DNA of 62,839 bases, filler included, from Calcarisporiella thermophila CBS 279.70 (lineage: Eukaryota > Fungi > Calcarisporiellomycota), in the NCBI RefSeq assembly GCF_041956535.1. It is 4 parts of 3 records of this genome, joined end to end, with 100 filler letters (N's around TTAATTAATTAA, not from the genome) between each part and the next. Parts side by side here need not be neighbours in the genome. Positions count along the whole stretch, not along the records: positions 1 to 18,328 come from NW_027192192.1; 3 more parts are not named here. The stretch is one strand, 5' to 3'. The notes beneath the pieces were generated by a model. That model made no database searches. It was not told the DNA's origin and worked only from the letters and a program-made list of their open reading frames with translations. The translations under genes were made by a program, and so were the position numbers. Positions 1 through 11,508 of this stretch are shown here, piece by piece (position 1 is the first letter of the stretch; each line of letters begins with the position of its first letter).

Positions 1-800
1 AGTTCTTCTAGAAAAGAACGGCCATTAATCTTTCTGAGCTCACTCGCCCTCATCTCCCGCTTCATTCCCAGTGCAGATTTGCAGCACCGCTGACTTGCAT
101 GCGAGCTCGCCAATACCATCCGGGAAAACCACCTCTGAGAGGAGTACTGTATCTAGAGTGGCGCCACCTATAAACCTTGTCGATATACCGGTAGACATCT
201 CCACGATCATTGACCTTTTTAAGAAGTCGACGAAACTTAATCTGGGAGCGCTAACCTACAGGCTTGGCTTTTCGCAATAATTACATTTTCAAGAGTTTCA
301 AATATGGGCTGCATGGATCTTTAGTCGATTGTCATTGAAGACGGGGTCTTAAGAGGAATAATAGGCTGCCCAAAGGATACAAGATAAAATCAACGGGTAG
401 TAGAATCATTTCAACACCGTCACCCAAATCCCTGCCTGAGCCCGGTGGAAATACTTCACCGGGTATCGGACGCGATTGCAAGCGAAAAGAATACTCGTCG
501 ATGAAATTAAAGTCTTCCTGATTCCTAATACGGGACTTCCAGCCAGACCCTCGAAAATGTCCTGTTGGATTAAGTCAGTCTTTGGGAATGCGGGGTCGAA
601 TATTCAAGCTCACGACACTTGTAAGATGGGGGGTAACGCTCGCACTGCGGGGATCAATGTTGACACGGTGGTAATTGGGAATTGGGCTTTCTCATCCGCG
701 TTCTACCCCTGCTATAGGAGAAATCGAGTATTCAATGCAGATGTTAGCATTGTAATCTTCTCGAACGATCGCGTGAACTCGCAGTAGGGCCCTCAAGATC
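1..800 (-). mobile_element. Possible degenerate retrotransposon gag-like remnant
   Basis: The minus strand gives stop-riddled fragments (AYYSS*DPVFNDNRLKIHAA; NDRGDVYRYIDK) loosely resembling Ty3/gypsy gag. There is no intact ORF and the boundaries are approximate. Confidence 0.2.
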
Positions 801-1015
801 GTCGTGAAGTTTGGACTGCTGATAAAGTCCGCAGACTATCTCCTACTTACAGTAAGCCTAGCGTGGGCGTCAGCTCAAGTAAAGAGAACATTTCCAATTC
901 ATCATTGAATGGCTTTGCCACCTTTTTAAAGAATTTCAGAAAAAAATTTGAATTGATATTCCGCTATAGCTTAATAAAAAGTTTAAGCAAAGCATTTCTC
1001 TTCCATTCAAAGAGA

Positions 1016-1765
1016 ATGGAAAACTACAACTTCCTGCCTATCAGACACTACCCCGGCAATGCTCACAGCTCCATCACTCCTTCTGGTATCATCAGCTGTA
1101 TATCTTTCAATCGTACTGACAGGATGCGATTATTTAACTTCTCTCCCACACTTGTAAATTCGATTCGGAGTGCCATTAGAGAGTCATGGAAACAAGGAAT
1201 TCAATCTGAGGTAGACTATTATGGAGCTAAAGAATTCAAATTATATGGTAATCCTTGGTTAGGCAATGTTGATGAAGCTGTCAGTAGTCGTCGATTGCTT
1301 ACTGCTATATTAAAGTGCATGGCAAAGAATGGATGGAATCTCATTGCGTCTGCAGATATAAGTAAGAAATCGCATGACAAGGATACACTATTTTTCGAAT
1401 ATGTGGCAACTATAGTAGAACCCATGATGTTTGCAATGTCGTTCAATATGAATGACAGATTAAGAATCATCGAAGCTGACCAGCAAGTACAGACGGTTGT
1501 GCAGAATACTATCCATGCTGCTTGGAAGAAAGGAGTACAAAATAAGCGAGAGTACTATGGCGCTTTAGAATTTAAACTTGCAGGGTGGCCATGGTTTGCG
1601 GATGGCAAAGAAACTGTGGAAATTAGGTTACTTTTGGTTCAAATTCTGAACGAATTGCGGAAAATCGGTTATAAACTTTACGCATCTGTTGATATCAGTG
1701 CGGGAACCGATGGAAAGGACCTTGAGAGCTGGGTTTTTCGTAAAATCGACGCTGCATACCAGTGA
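1016..1765 (+). CDS. Uncharacterised 249-aa protein made of two tandem ~110-aa homologous domains
   Basis: Intronless ORF from ATG 1016. Internal repeat: CISFNRTDRMRL..W..GIQ...YYGAKEFKLYGNPW..LL..IL..M...GW.L.ASADIS versus AMSFNMNDRLRI..W..GVQ...YYGALEFKLAGWPW..LL..IL..L...GY.L.ASVDIS. Confidence 0.8.
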   Translation: MENYNFLPIRHYPGNAHSSITPSGIISCISFNRTDRMRLFNFSPTLVNSIRSAIRESWKQGIQSEVDYYGAKEFKLYGNPWLGNVDEAVSSRRLLTAILKCMAKNGWNLIASADISKKSHDKDTLFFEYVATIVEPMMFAMSFNMNDRLRIIEADQQVQTVVQNTIHAAWKKGVQNKREYYGALEFKLAGWPWFADGKETVEIRLLLVQILNELRKIGYKLYASVDISAGTDGKDLESWVFRKIDAAYQ

Positions 1766-1844
1766 AGTGCTAAACTTGCCCAATGCTTCTCTCTGATGTA
1801 ATTAGACGTGTCTTTTAGTTACTTAGGTTTATTTAAATATAATT

Positions 1845-3860
1845 TAAATGTGCAATGACAATTGTAGTTCGCTCAATCATAGTTTTATCTAATGCGTCTT
1901 GCGCTAACTTTTCTGATTCGGTATCCAAAACACTAGTCACTTCATCCAGCAATAGTATTTTGGGATTTTTTAGAAATGCCCGTGCTATGGTAATTCTTTG
2001 TTTTGACCACCTGAGAGCTGGGACCCCTTTTCGCCAACTCGAGTATGATAGCCGTTTGGAAGGTTAGATATGAATTGGTGTATATTGGCAACTTTCGCCA
2101 CCTCCTCAATCTCCTCTTGAGTCATTTCACGATCTTTCCTGCTACCAAAGAGTATATTCTCCCGCACAGCTAAATTGAACAGGACCGTCTCCTGTCCAAC
2201 TAAACCGATTTTTTGATGCAATGCCTCCAGCTGTCACTCTCTCACGTCCAACCCCTCAACTAGCACTTTCCCTGTATCATAATCATACCATCGAAGCAGG
2301 AGAGAAATTACTTTTTTTCGTACTCATCTTCAATTTCTAATTACGCAACGGTTCTCATTTTGGCGGAATGCTTCTCCAACTATATTCCCTGCCTGCCGAT
2401 ATCCCTTATTCACTCTTCCCGAAAACTTACATTTAAAACTCTAAGCAAAAATATTGCATTTTTTTCACTCCAGTGCTTATACCCCTCTAGTGCTTTGATC
2501 TGGAACATTAGTGCAAAAACGTAAAGGGGCATGGCTGGCATCAGCATTAATGACACCTTCCATCCATAGCAAAACAGGATGATCAATCCTATGATGGCTG
2601 CTGACATCGTTCTTCCGCCATCAGTCAAGAGGGTGTTAGGTAGGTCTTGTAGGTCGGCTGCATTTTTAGCTAAGCAGGAGGTAAGGGCAGCAGTAGCGTG
2701 ACTTGGATGATCAAAGAAAGCCATTTCTTGGCGTTGTATGTTGCTGTACGCCTTTGATCGAACTCTTCGCACTAATCGTTCACCACAGAAATGGGCAATC
2801 CCCTCTCCAAAAAATGTCGCAAGGAATCCAATAAAAGCCATAGCAACTAATATAGGCAGCAGTTAATCTATCTTTCGTGGCATCTACAAGTGTGACTGTT
2901 TTGCCGCTGGGTATTTGGAGATTGACTTCATTTAATACAGATACATTGGGACGAGAGGAGAGGAGTAGCTAAAGCGAACATCGCGAAACGTTATCACGCC
3001 TCGGAAAGAGCTATGATTCATGTCATTATCCTGTGATTTGGGAGAGGAGGCCATCGCCGGGACACGATCAATAGTGGCAAAAATCTTCTCTGCAGCTACT
3101 TGAGTTTCCACCAGCGCCTTGTATTCCGGACTAATTTCTCTGTCAATATAAAGGTTCCTATTTAATCCACAAGATTTTTGATATGGCATAAACTATAAAA
3201 TTTACGCTCTTACCCAATTGACGCTGCACCGAGAATGAATGAAAACAAAATCTGAACCACGGCAGCACTTCTCATGAAACCTTGTGATATCAGGCGCGCA
3301 CCATACCAAGGACCAAGGCTATCAATGCTATATCCTATGAATAGCGCTGTGCCCATATAAATCTCAAGTGATGAAAGAGGTTAATGGGTTATTCACCTGG
3401 CTATTCCATTGTCCACTACCTATTTTGATGGCCTTCTGTACCCCTGCCTGATACGCAATCTGGAGATGCTGGTTGTAGAGACTGACAAATTGTGATTGCA
3501 GAGAGAATGAGGCGACTGTGCGTATTCCAGAGATAGCTTACTCAACTAAAAAAATCTGCATTCGAATATGCATCTTGTGCTTTTACAGTTTGCGATTTAA
3601 TTACGCTTGAAAAAATATAGCCAGACAGTCCAAGCAGTGGCAATACCGCAATCAAAATAAGTGAGAGACGCCACCCGAAAATAAATGCCATGACAAAGCC
3701 CGAGGTCACTTGCGTGATATTCTTGATGACATACCCCACTTTATCCGAGATTCCTTCTTGGATGAGATACTTGTCAGAGGATAGGCGTGAGTTGAGCGAA
3801 TCTAATTCGGCAAGATCAAACCAACTCTGGTCTTGTCTAAGGACGACGTAATGATACCAA
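1845..3860 (-). pseudogene. ABCB/MDR (P-glycoprotein-type) ABC transporter pseudogene with internal deletions
   Basis: Fragments occur in the correct order but with frameshifts and stops: LRQDQSWFD..LNSRLSSD..LIQEGISDKVG (TMD1), KIFATIDR..ITFRDVRFSY (NBD1 start), GERLVRRVR..RQEMAFFD (TMD2), [27 protein letters not shown] (NBD2). Most of NBD1 is missing. Confidence 0.85.
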
Positions 3861-3959
3861 TCACCTAACCCCGCTGATAGAAAGAAGCCAGTTTGTAAAT
3901 ATATCTATTCACGTTACTGTGCCAGATGCATCTTCCAAATCTGAACTCAACGTCGGTGA

Positions 3960-4272
3960 AGAGGTTGACCACGATAGACTTTGCAAAATCGAGCACAAAC
4001 ACGTATGTGAGAGAAAGAGCTATATTAGCAATACCCCATAACCAGCAGATGGGCTCGATAAAATTACTATTCCCAGTCTCACCATATATAGGTAGAAACC
4101 ACCTAACCCGCTGCATGCCGAGTCGCTTGGCAAGTTCTTTGGCAATAATAAGTTGGTTTCCTGTAATCATTTTGATATTCACTCCGAGGCGTGCACATTC
4201 TGCGATTGTGGCCATAGAGTCAGGCTGAGGCGGATCCAAAAAGGATATCATCCCGACAAGTTCGTATTTCTC
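3960..4272 (-). pseudogene. Fragments of a plasma-membrane H+-ATPase (P-type IIIA, PMA1-like)
   Basis: YELVGMISFLDPPQPDS..TIAEC..LGVNIKMITGNQLIIAKELAKRLGM matches the DPPR/MITGD region with both motifs mutated. It is joined to a C-terminal TM-like piece (WGIANIALSLTYVFVLDFAK). Confidence 0.7.
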
Positions 4273-4430
4273 CAAATCTTAGCCTTAGGACAAATGCTCA
4301 TTGGGAAAAATAGGAACAGGAAAATGTTTTGAGTAAAGGAAAAATAATTTAAAAAGATAATATATTGAATTTGTCACATCTCACTCTTGTTACCATTTCT
4401 ATAGGATTATCAACCAAGTGCCTCTTTATT

Positions 4431-6262
4431 TCAAATGAACCGCTGTCTTTCGATGATCTTGTTTCCCTTTCTAAACCGGAACTCGCTCACTTGTGGGCAA
4501 TCTTCAAATAAGGCATGAATATCTTCGTCACTCCACTCAGGTGTCTCAATACACAGTGACAGTCTGCACAGATTTGGGTTACGGCGCAAAAACGCAACGA
4601 GCTCTGAAGCGCTGCAGTCGCATGGATCTAAAATGAAGTCGACGGACTCAAGTTGGGTGAGATGACCAAACGCCTCGAAACTGGTTAATTTTCCGTAGAT
4701 TGTGAGCTCTTTGACTCTAGTGCATATCCAGAGTGTAGACGAGCTGGTTACCGATTCCATGGATTTCAAGGAAAGTGTCTTCAATGAGGTGAGGTTAGGA
4801 TGAGTGAGAATTCGTCCAAAATCTCCCCCGTCACCTGCATCCCGTAAATACGTCAACTTTAGAGTATGAAGTTTCGGAGAACGTGTCAACAGAGTCTGCA
4901 AGTCATGGATGGAAATCTTTAGGCCTCCCAGACTGAGCTCCTTGAGCTGCAGTTCAGGCCAATGGGGATCCTGAAAAACACCAGCAGGATGATGTACAAA
5001 AATTGACAATCGTCGGAGGTTTTGAGCTATAGGGCGGAGGGCCTCCATCAGTTCCGGCGCGTAGACATTCGCGGCAAAGTCCTGCAGCTTCGGACTAAGA
5101 CAGATGAGCCTGATCATTTCCTGTACACCCGCCTTAACATAAGTCCCGTTTTCGTCGTACTTCCCAAAAAAGACTAAATCAAGATATGTAAAAGGCAACT
5201 CAGTCACCTCCAGGTTCAGTTTTTGCTCTCCNNNNNNNNNNNNNNNNNNNNNNNNNNNNNNNNNNNNNNNNNNNNNNNNNNNNNNNNNNNNNNNNNNNNN
5301 NNNNNNNNNNNNNNNNNNNNNNNNNNNNNNNNNNNNNNNNNNNNNNNNNNNNNNNNNNNNNNNNNNNNNNNNNNNNNNNNNNNNNNNNNNNNNNNNNNNN
5401 NNNNNNNNNNNNNNNNNNNNNNNNNNNNNNNNNNNNNNNNNNNNNNNNNNNNNNNNNNNNNNNNNNNNNNNNNNNNNNNNNNNNNNNNNNNNNNNNNNNN
5501 NNNNNNNNNNNNNNNNNNNNNNNNNNNNNNNNNNNNNNNNNNNNNNNNNNNNNNNNNNNNNNNNNNNNNNNNNNNNNNNNNNNNNNNNNNNNNNNNNNNN
5601 NNNNNNNNNNNNNNNNNNNNNNNNNNNNNNNNNNNNNNNNNNNNNNNNNNNNNNNNNNNNNNNNNNNNNNNNNNNNNNNNNNNNNNNNNNNNNNNNNNNN
5701 NNNNNNNGTAAATCTGGAACATAGCGCCCTCGAGCCGAGGAAATATGGTTAAGAGGCCTGGTACATCTTCAATGGTGAATAGCCGATAGGTATCGATCTT
5801 ACGCACCTGAGGAAATACGTGCCCCGCTAGATATTTCACGGGGTTATAGAGCACACAATTCCACGCCACCCGATAATTAAACTGCAGGGTCAGGTGCAGG
5901 AGCTGTTCGCGAAAGTGCAGTAGAAAAGGCGTGATTTTCGAATAGTTGTTCCCGGGTAGATCAAGATGAACGTGGGTGAGATTAGGGCAGAACCTTGGAA
6001 TAACGTGCAGTGCCTCGTCGCCTGGGGTGGGTTCATCTCCGAACTCACCTTTGAACTCCCTGACGAACTTGCCTCTAGTCGCAAGCAGCTGCTTGTCTTT
6101 GCAAGGCCAGTTGCTATTGCTTATCTTCCTCCAGAGCAGCGAGGTAAGTAGCGAGAAGAACCTGTGGCAGACGAGAGAGCATTGCTTCAACTCACGTCTG
6201 GAGAGGTGGACAAAAATGGTGAGCCAAATCTCGTCTGGTATCTCATAGAGTGGTCTAACCAT
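4431..6262 (-). CDS. F-box / leucine-rich-repeat (RNI-like) protein spanning an assembly gap
   Basis: N-terminal F-box (LYEIPDEIWLTIFVHLSRRELKQCSLVCHRF..L..LLWRKI) followed by LRR-like units (CPNLTHVHL, SPKLHTLKL, NPNLCRLSL). The N-gap at 5232-5707 prevents confirming one gene versus two. Confidence 0.75.
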
Positions 6263-7090
6263 TAACTAGTACGATTAATGAGATTTCGGACACTGTCTGC
6301 AGTCCTCGCCTCCTGCTGATGCCACCTTTTATTTGGTGAATCCAATCTGGTACAAGCGAAATAAGAGTAAACAAGCACATTTTTATCAATGAATTTTCAA
6401 AGTCCGAAATCCTAAAACCTGTACTCGAGGTGCGAATGCCCTTGGCCATTTTTGGGATAGTTTACTTTTGCTTTTAAAAAATGGGCCGGCCTGCCAAGAA
6501 TTTCCGGTCAGCTCAATTCCGCAAGCCGGACACTTAGTGCGTCTTCGAAAATATAACACTGCGCGAAAACCTCGGCGACATCAAAACTCTTGGGGAACTC
6601 GCGCGACCGTGCAGAGGATGAATACAACTCGCAAAGATGAAATTCCAAATAGCCGATACAACGCGCCATCCAAGACTGGGGCTATCCTGGCACTCAGGAA
6701 GTTCGACGTGGACAGAATAGCCACACTAGGAAACTTGTCACCCTTTTCTGCTTCGACCTATATTAGCGTAGAAATCGAGCATTCAATGTCTCGGAAGCAC
6801 TTCTTTCGCTATGACTAGCTGAAGAGCGCTGAGGCCCTCTGGATAATTATGAAGTAAGAGCTGCTGATTGCCTATTCCATTTCGAGAGCCGCTGTCCATG
6901 ATGGTTTAGTACTGGTCTTCAATAAGAATAAGCCACGATTTAGCCTCCGAATGAGCCAATATCATCCAGATTTGGCTTATATATAAACAATGGGATCTCC
7001 GACCAAATATTCCAAATTCAAGTTCCACTTTAACCCCTTAAGCGATATAAAAGCACTTTCCAGCATAAACACCATGAAGCTTTGAACAAT

Positions 7091-7690
7091 ATGTCGCGCA
7101 TTGCTGAGCTAGCCGAAGCATATGTTGAAGCGTTACGGCTTGAAAATGAGCCACGTCGATATGCCCGGTTCCTTAGCGGGTTAGCTCCTCCCTTACAAGA
7201 GCACGAGATTACCTCTGAGATGCGTGAAATTATTCCCCCCTTAGTTCTGGATCTACTTAAGTATATACTATATCCTACATGAAAATTGCTTGGTTATTAA
7301 ATTACAATTTCCACAAAACATAGATGGCACAACGGCTCCAAAAATGTTAACTTTGTTTCCCATCATAGTCTCAGCTCTGCCGACGAAATCATTGAGTCCT
7401 TCAAAATTACATCCAGACCAAGAGGGGTTTTGGATTATGCTCAGTTCGTGCCCTTTACGGACGATCATGCGTGTGGTTCCTATTATTACAATAGGCAGAA
7501 TGGTCTAGTAGGGGATTGGATGTTCGAGGAAGACCCGTTTGATTTGGATATGACACTGGAGGAGTTCCTCGAATTTTGTATAGAGAAGGCCAAATCAGGT
7601 GAATGGAGGCTTACCAGTGATGGTGATGTTCATGATGCAGAAGAAGTATCCGCTGGATCTGAAGCAGATGAAGAGGATGAGAACGAATAA
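7091..7690 (+). CDS. SUKH (SMI1/KNR4) superfamily-like protein, 178 aa, two exons (7091-7260, 7324-7690)
   Basis: Removing the GT..AG intron 7261-7323 joins two listed ORFs in frame: IPPLVLDLLKWHNG...SLSSADEII...FVPFTDDHACGSYYY...G.VGDW..EE...TLEEFLEFCIEKAKSGEW. This is the SUKH pattern, followed by an acidic tail. TATA-like TATAAAA at ~7046. Confidence 0.65.
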
Positions 7691-7694
7691 ATAT

Positions 7695-7912
7695 CCCGGC
7701 AAGAATTTTCATAGAGAAAATATGCAAGAACGCTTAGAAAGCATGGGAATATTGCAGCTTCTTTATAGTTTTCCTATCATTTTTCATAATTTCTAAGCGC
7801 CTCACCCGCAAAATGTCCAGCGAAAATATAGTGGAGTTATAAAGTTACTGAAAATTTCCCCATACTTCTGCATGTTCCTGTATATTTTCTCCACGAAGTT
7901 TTTTTTGTAGGG
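7695..7912. mobile_element. Degenerate MITE (CCCTACAAA-ended family)
   Basis: Imperfect ~55-bp terminal inverted repeats. The right end TTTTTGTAGGG is shared with the copies at 20641 and 61928. Confidence 0.55.
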
Positions 7913-9967
7913 ACTACAGAATATATATAAATAGGATTGAATTGATATTCACATGAGACTATAAAAGTAGGGGGTATTACAGAACTAATGCCTTCATTGA
8001 TTCTGCTGGCACGTAGAGAAGTACACATTGCCAAGTACCCTCGTAAGAACTTCCTTAGTTTAACTGGACGCTCTACTCAATTTTTTTGACCAGTTGCTGT
8101 AATGTTTGATAAATAATTAGTTTCCATGTTACAAAGTCTGTTATTGACGTATTATTAGAGGAAAACAACTCATGATTTTCTGTCGTAAGCCGAGTTGCGC
8201 CTCACTTTATGTTAATGAAGTTGAAATGTTGATGTTGCCGATGTCGTCGATGATGTTGTTGTCGTAGTCCGACTTCAACGAAGTATGGCCAAAGTTGTTC
8301 AAAATAATATCTAATATGTCCAACTTTCGGCCAATAAAATTCAATAATCCGAGGAGAGATTTGGCCTGGATTTTTTTTGGAAACCCCCATTGTTCCTATA
8401 TTTATTCGATATAACTACGTATACTAGACAAAAGCACCTTTTATAACATGCTAAATAGTAAATAATTTAGTCAATAATCTCTACACAGAATTGTGCACCA
8501 GGTGGAATCGGCAAATCCCTCATATCATCATTGAGTGCACCACAACTATGACTCCGATTCTCCAAAGAGGGTACGCATAGTTGGAGATATATTCAGAGCA
8601 AAAATATAAAACGCTTGTACAAGAAACCGGTGAGAAAGTCATCGACCTTTTCTATACAACTGGATACCGAGAAATACTTAGTACATAAATAATCTTTCTG
8701 TATTTAAGGCATCAAGCATCGGACAATACTTTTAGAGCTATGTACTACATATCTCCCTATTTGTTGTTGTTACCTTGATGATCTTTGTTGTTACATTGTT
8801 TATTTGTTGATACTTTTATTAAATAGTTATTATTATGCTCTTTTATTTTCTCTTTAATATTTTATTTTATTATGATATATTTTTTAAAGATAAATTTTTG
8901 TTCTGTTTTTCTAATTATTTTCCGGCCGGTGGTCACGGCCGAGCAAAATTTGACGAATTAGTTTCAGGCCAAATACCAAATTTCTAAACCAGAAGGGCAA
9001 AATAACATGACTTTTCTATATGGTGACCTACCAATTTTCTTATACCTACGGGTCAATTTTTACCGCAATTCTATAAATTTTTACTTTGTACCTTACGATT
9101 TTGATATAGGTTTCTAAGCAATTTCTTTAAAAAGACTTTTTGTAGGATTTACTATAATTTTCCCACCCTTCTGCTATGGGAGATTATAGAAATAATCAGG
9201 TAGCATATGGCCATGTTTTTGTGACTGCAGTTTAGACACCCCTTTACTCTTTAAGTTATTATACCTCTGAGATTAAAAGCGATGAAGCTAAGAATTCTAA
9301 TATTCACTTACAAGGCAAAATCATACGCCAATACGAATACTAGAAAAGTTACTAGTGAACAAGATTGAGCATCCTATAACATACTGTTTTAAAATAAATG
9401 TTTGGCATTTACTCTCTCAATATTGAAAAATAGTATAGTTAGGTAACCTCAAACAGTTTTGGCCAATTATCCTAAAAAGGGCTTTTTGTAGGGATGATAG
9501 CGTGGATCTTTATTGAAAGAAGCTTCATTTTAATTTTTGTTTAAAAAACACAAGCGATTAAATTTTTTAATAAACCAGAGGCGAGAGAAAATTTTCAAAT
9601 AAATAAACAAAGTGCATACAATTAACAAAAGGTTGACATAATCCAAAAAACAGCAAAATATAGATACGCAATTAGGGTCAAATTTAGTACCTAAGTAAAT
9701 ATTTTTTTTAAGTCAGGGTGGAATATACCTCTGAAAAAAGTGTAGGATCGATATTTTTTTCAACATATTTTCATTATTCCTCTGAAAGGACTTACTGAAA
9801 TATTGATATTTTACCAATGTCGATTTGTGGCCATATTTTGTGGTCGGCCGTATAATAAATCAGTTGATTTCTGTCAACTTTTCCTACGGGGAATCCTTAC
9901 CTGGCCTTAATTAGATCAACTTTTATTTGTTATAAAATCTCAACTAAAGTAATTAATCATACAACAT

Positions 9968-10123
9968 TTAGGGCAGTCTTTTGCCATAACATTTTTCACA
10001 TTGCTGGTTACGATAGGTAAAAGTCTCCTTAACAGTTTCACAGTTTTTTTTCCCGCAAGACTCTGTATCGGAACTTATCTCTTCTTTGCAGTTACGACAC
10101 TCTTGAATACGTTTTGTGCACAT
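9968..10123 (-). CDS. 51-aa Cys-rich, probably metal-binding microprotein
   Basis: MCTKRIQECRNC..SCGKKNC..QCEKC has 7 Cys with two CxxC pairs and no signal peptide. It has a good ATG context and an AT-rich TATA-like box ~50 nt upstream. Confidence 0.5.
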   Translation of the reverse strand: MCTKRIQECRNCKEEISSDTESCGKKNCETVKETFTYRNQQCEKCYGKRLP

Positions 10124-11508
10124 TTTCAACTTGATAAATACTGATTGTATGATGAAAATGTTCACGGAGAGTATTTAAATAGAAAATGTTAGCATGTGGA
10201 AATTTCACAAAATAAGGCTTAGAGTGTGAATATTTCACAGTGTATGGCTTAGAGTTGCGGTGACCACTGTCACATTTTTTACAGTAAGGATAAGCAGATT
10301 ACAAATTTTGATTGGTTCAGATAATTGCAATAAAAATTATTATTTTATGTCATGAGATCTAATTCCCTCTGTGCGAGAGCCCAAAGGGAACGAAGCTGGA
10401 TGGTATCTGCTCCTTCGGTGCCTAAATCGTGCTTTAGAGTGCATCGATACAAAAATTGTATATTTTCAGCAAAAACTCGACAACATGATCGCATTTTGTG
10501 TCAATTGATTTTTTGCCATTATTCTGCACATATGTTTCCACGTCTGCAGTTGCTTTCTCGTAATAAGGATGACTAGGTTCTATTCGCAGGACGCAGAGAT
10601 TGCATCGCCTTTCAGATGGAATGGGGTGACGCTACAGGGAAGGGTTTTGTGCATAAGAAGATCCGAAGAAGGGCCTGATAATAGCAGCCATTAACTTGCT
10701 TCATATGCTATGGACTCTACACAATGACGTCCTATAGATTGACCATTTCTTAAGGACTGACATTTTCATGCGTAAATTGTTTGATGTATTGGATTCCAAC
10801 AAGCCGTCTCAAATAAGGATAGAGACCCCAAATCCTCCCCCAAACCAATCCTGATAGCGAGATGGCGAGTCACGTTGCTAGGATATGCAGCTTGTTTTCT
10901 ATTTTTTTTCGGCACTCGGAGCCCTACGAGCCTTGTATTATTTTAACAAATAACCTTCCCACCCAATCACCCATAAGTCTGGATTCTTGTTTATCAACGG
11001 ACTTTCAACTTTAACGCCAGATTTGGAAAGTAGCGTTAATGCTTGATGGATGAGATTTTTTCAACTCTAAAATCGTCAAAAGCCACTTCAAAATGCGTTT
11101 CAAGTTTTTTTTTTCAGCTCTCCATCACTTCAACGCACAGCAAATCAGGCGCTGATTGAGCTACGATGCTACATAAGCCTGCTAAGCCACGAAGGGCTAT
11201 TGCTCAGTTCAGCCAACTAACCATTTTGAAGAAGCAGTGTTTAACCTAAGTTTGATTTTCGAACATGTGTCGGCCCCACCGCTTCTCGTAGGCGGAAGGG
11301 TGTTGTGAAACTAGAATATTTCAGGACTGTTTTATTTCATTCAAAGTTGCTAGCAAGGCGTCACGATACTAAGCGCAAATTGCAAGGTAGAACATGGGGA
11401 TGAGTCTGTCCCGCAATGAACTGTGCGTAGCGCCATCCCTCTTCATAAGAAACCTCAGAGCCATCTTTACCACGTCCTCTATCCTCCAATCCGACCAAGC
11501 CCACGACC

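Noticed and set aside
8480-8540. APGGIGKS P-loop-like or TRWN hAT-like translation
   Set aside because: It is too short, ambiguous between frames, and has no supporting ORF.
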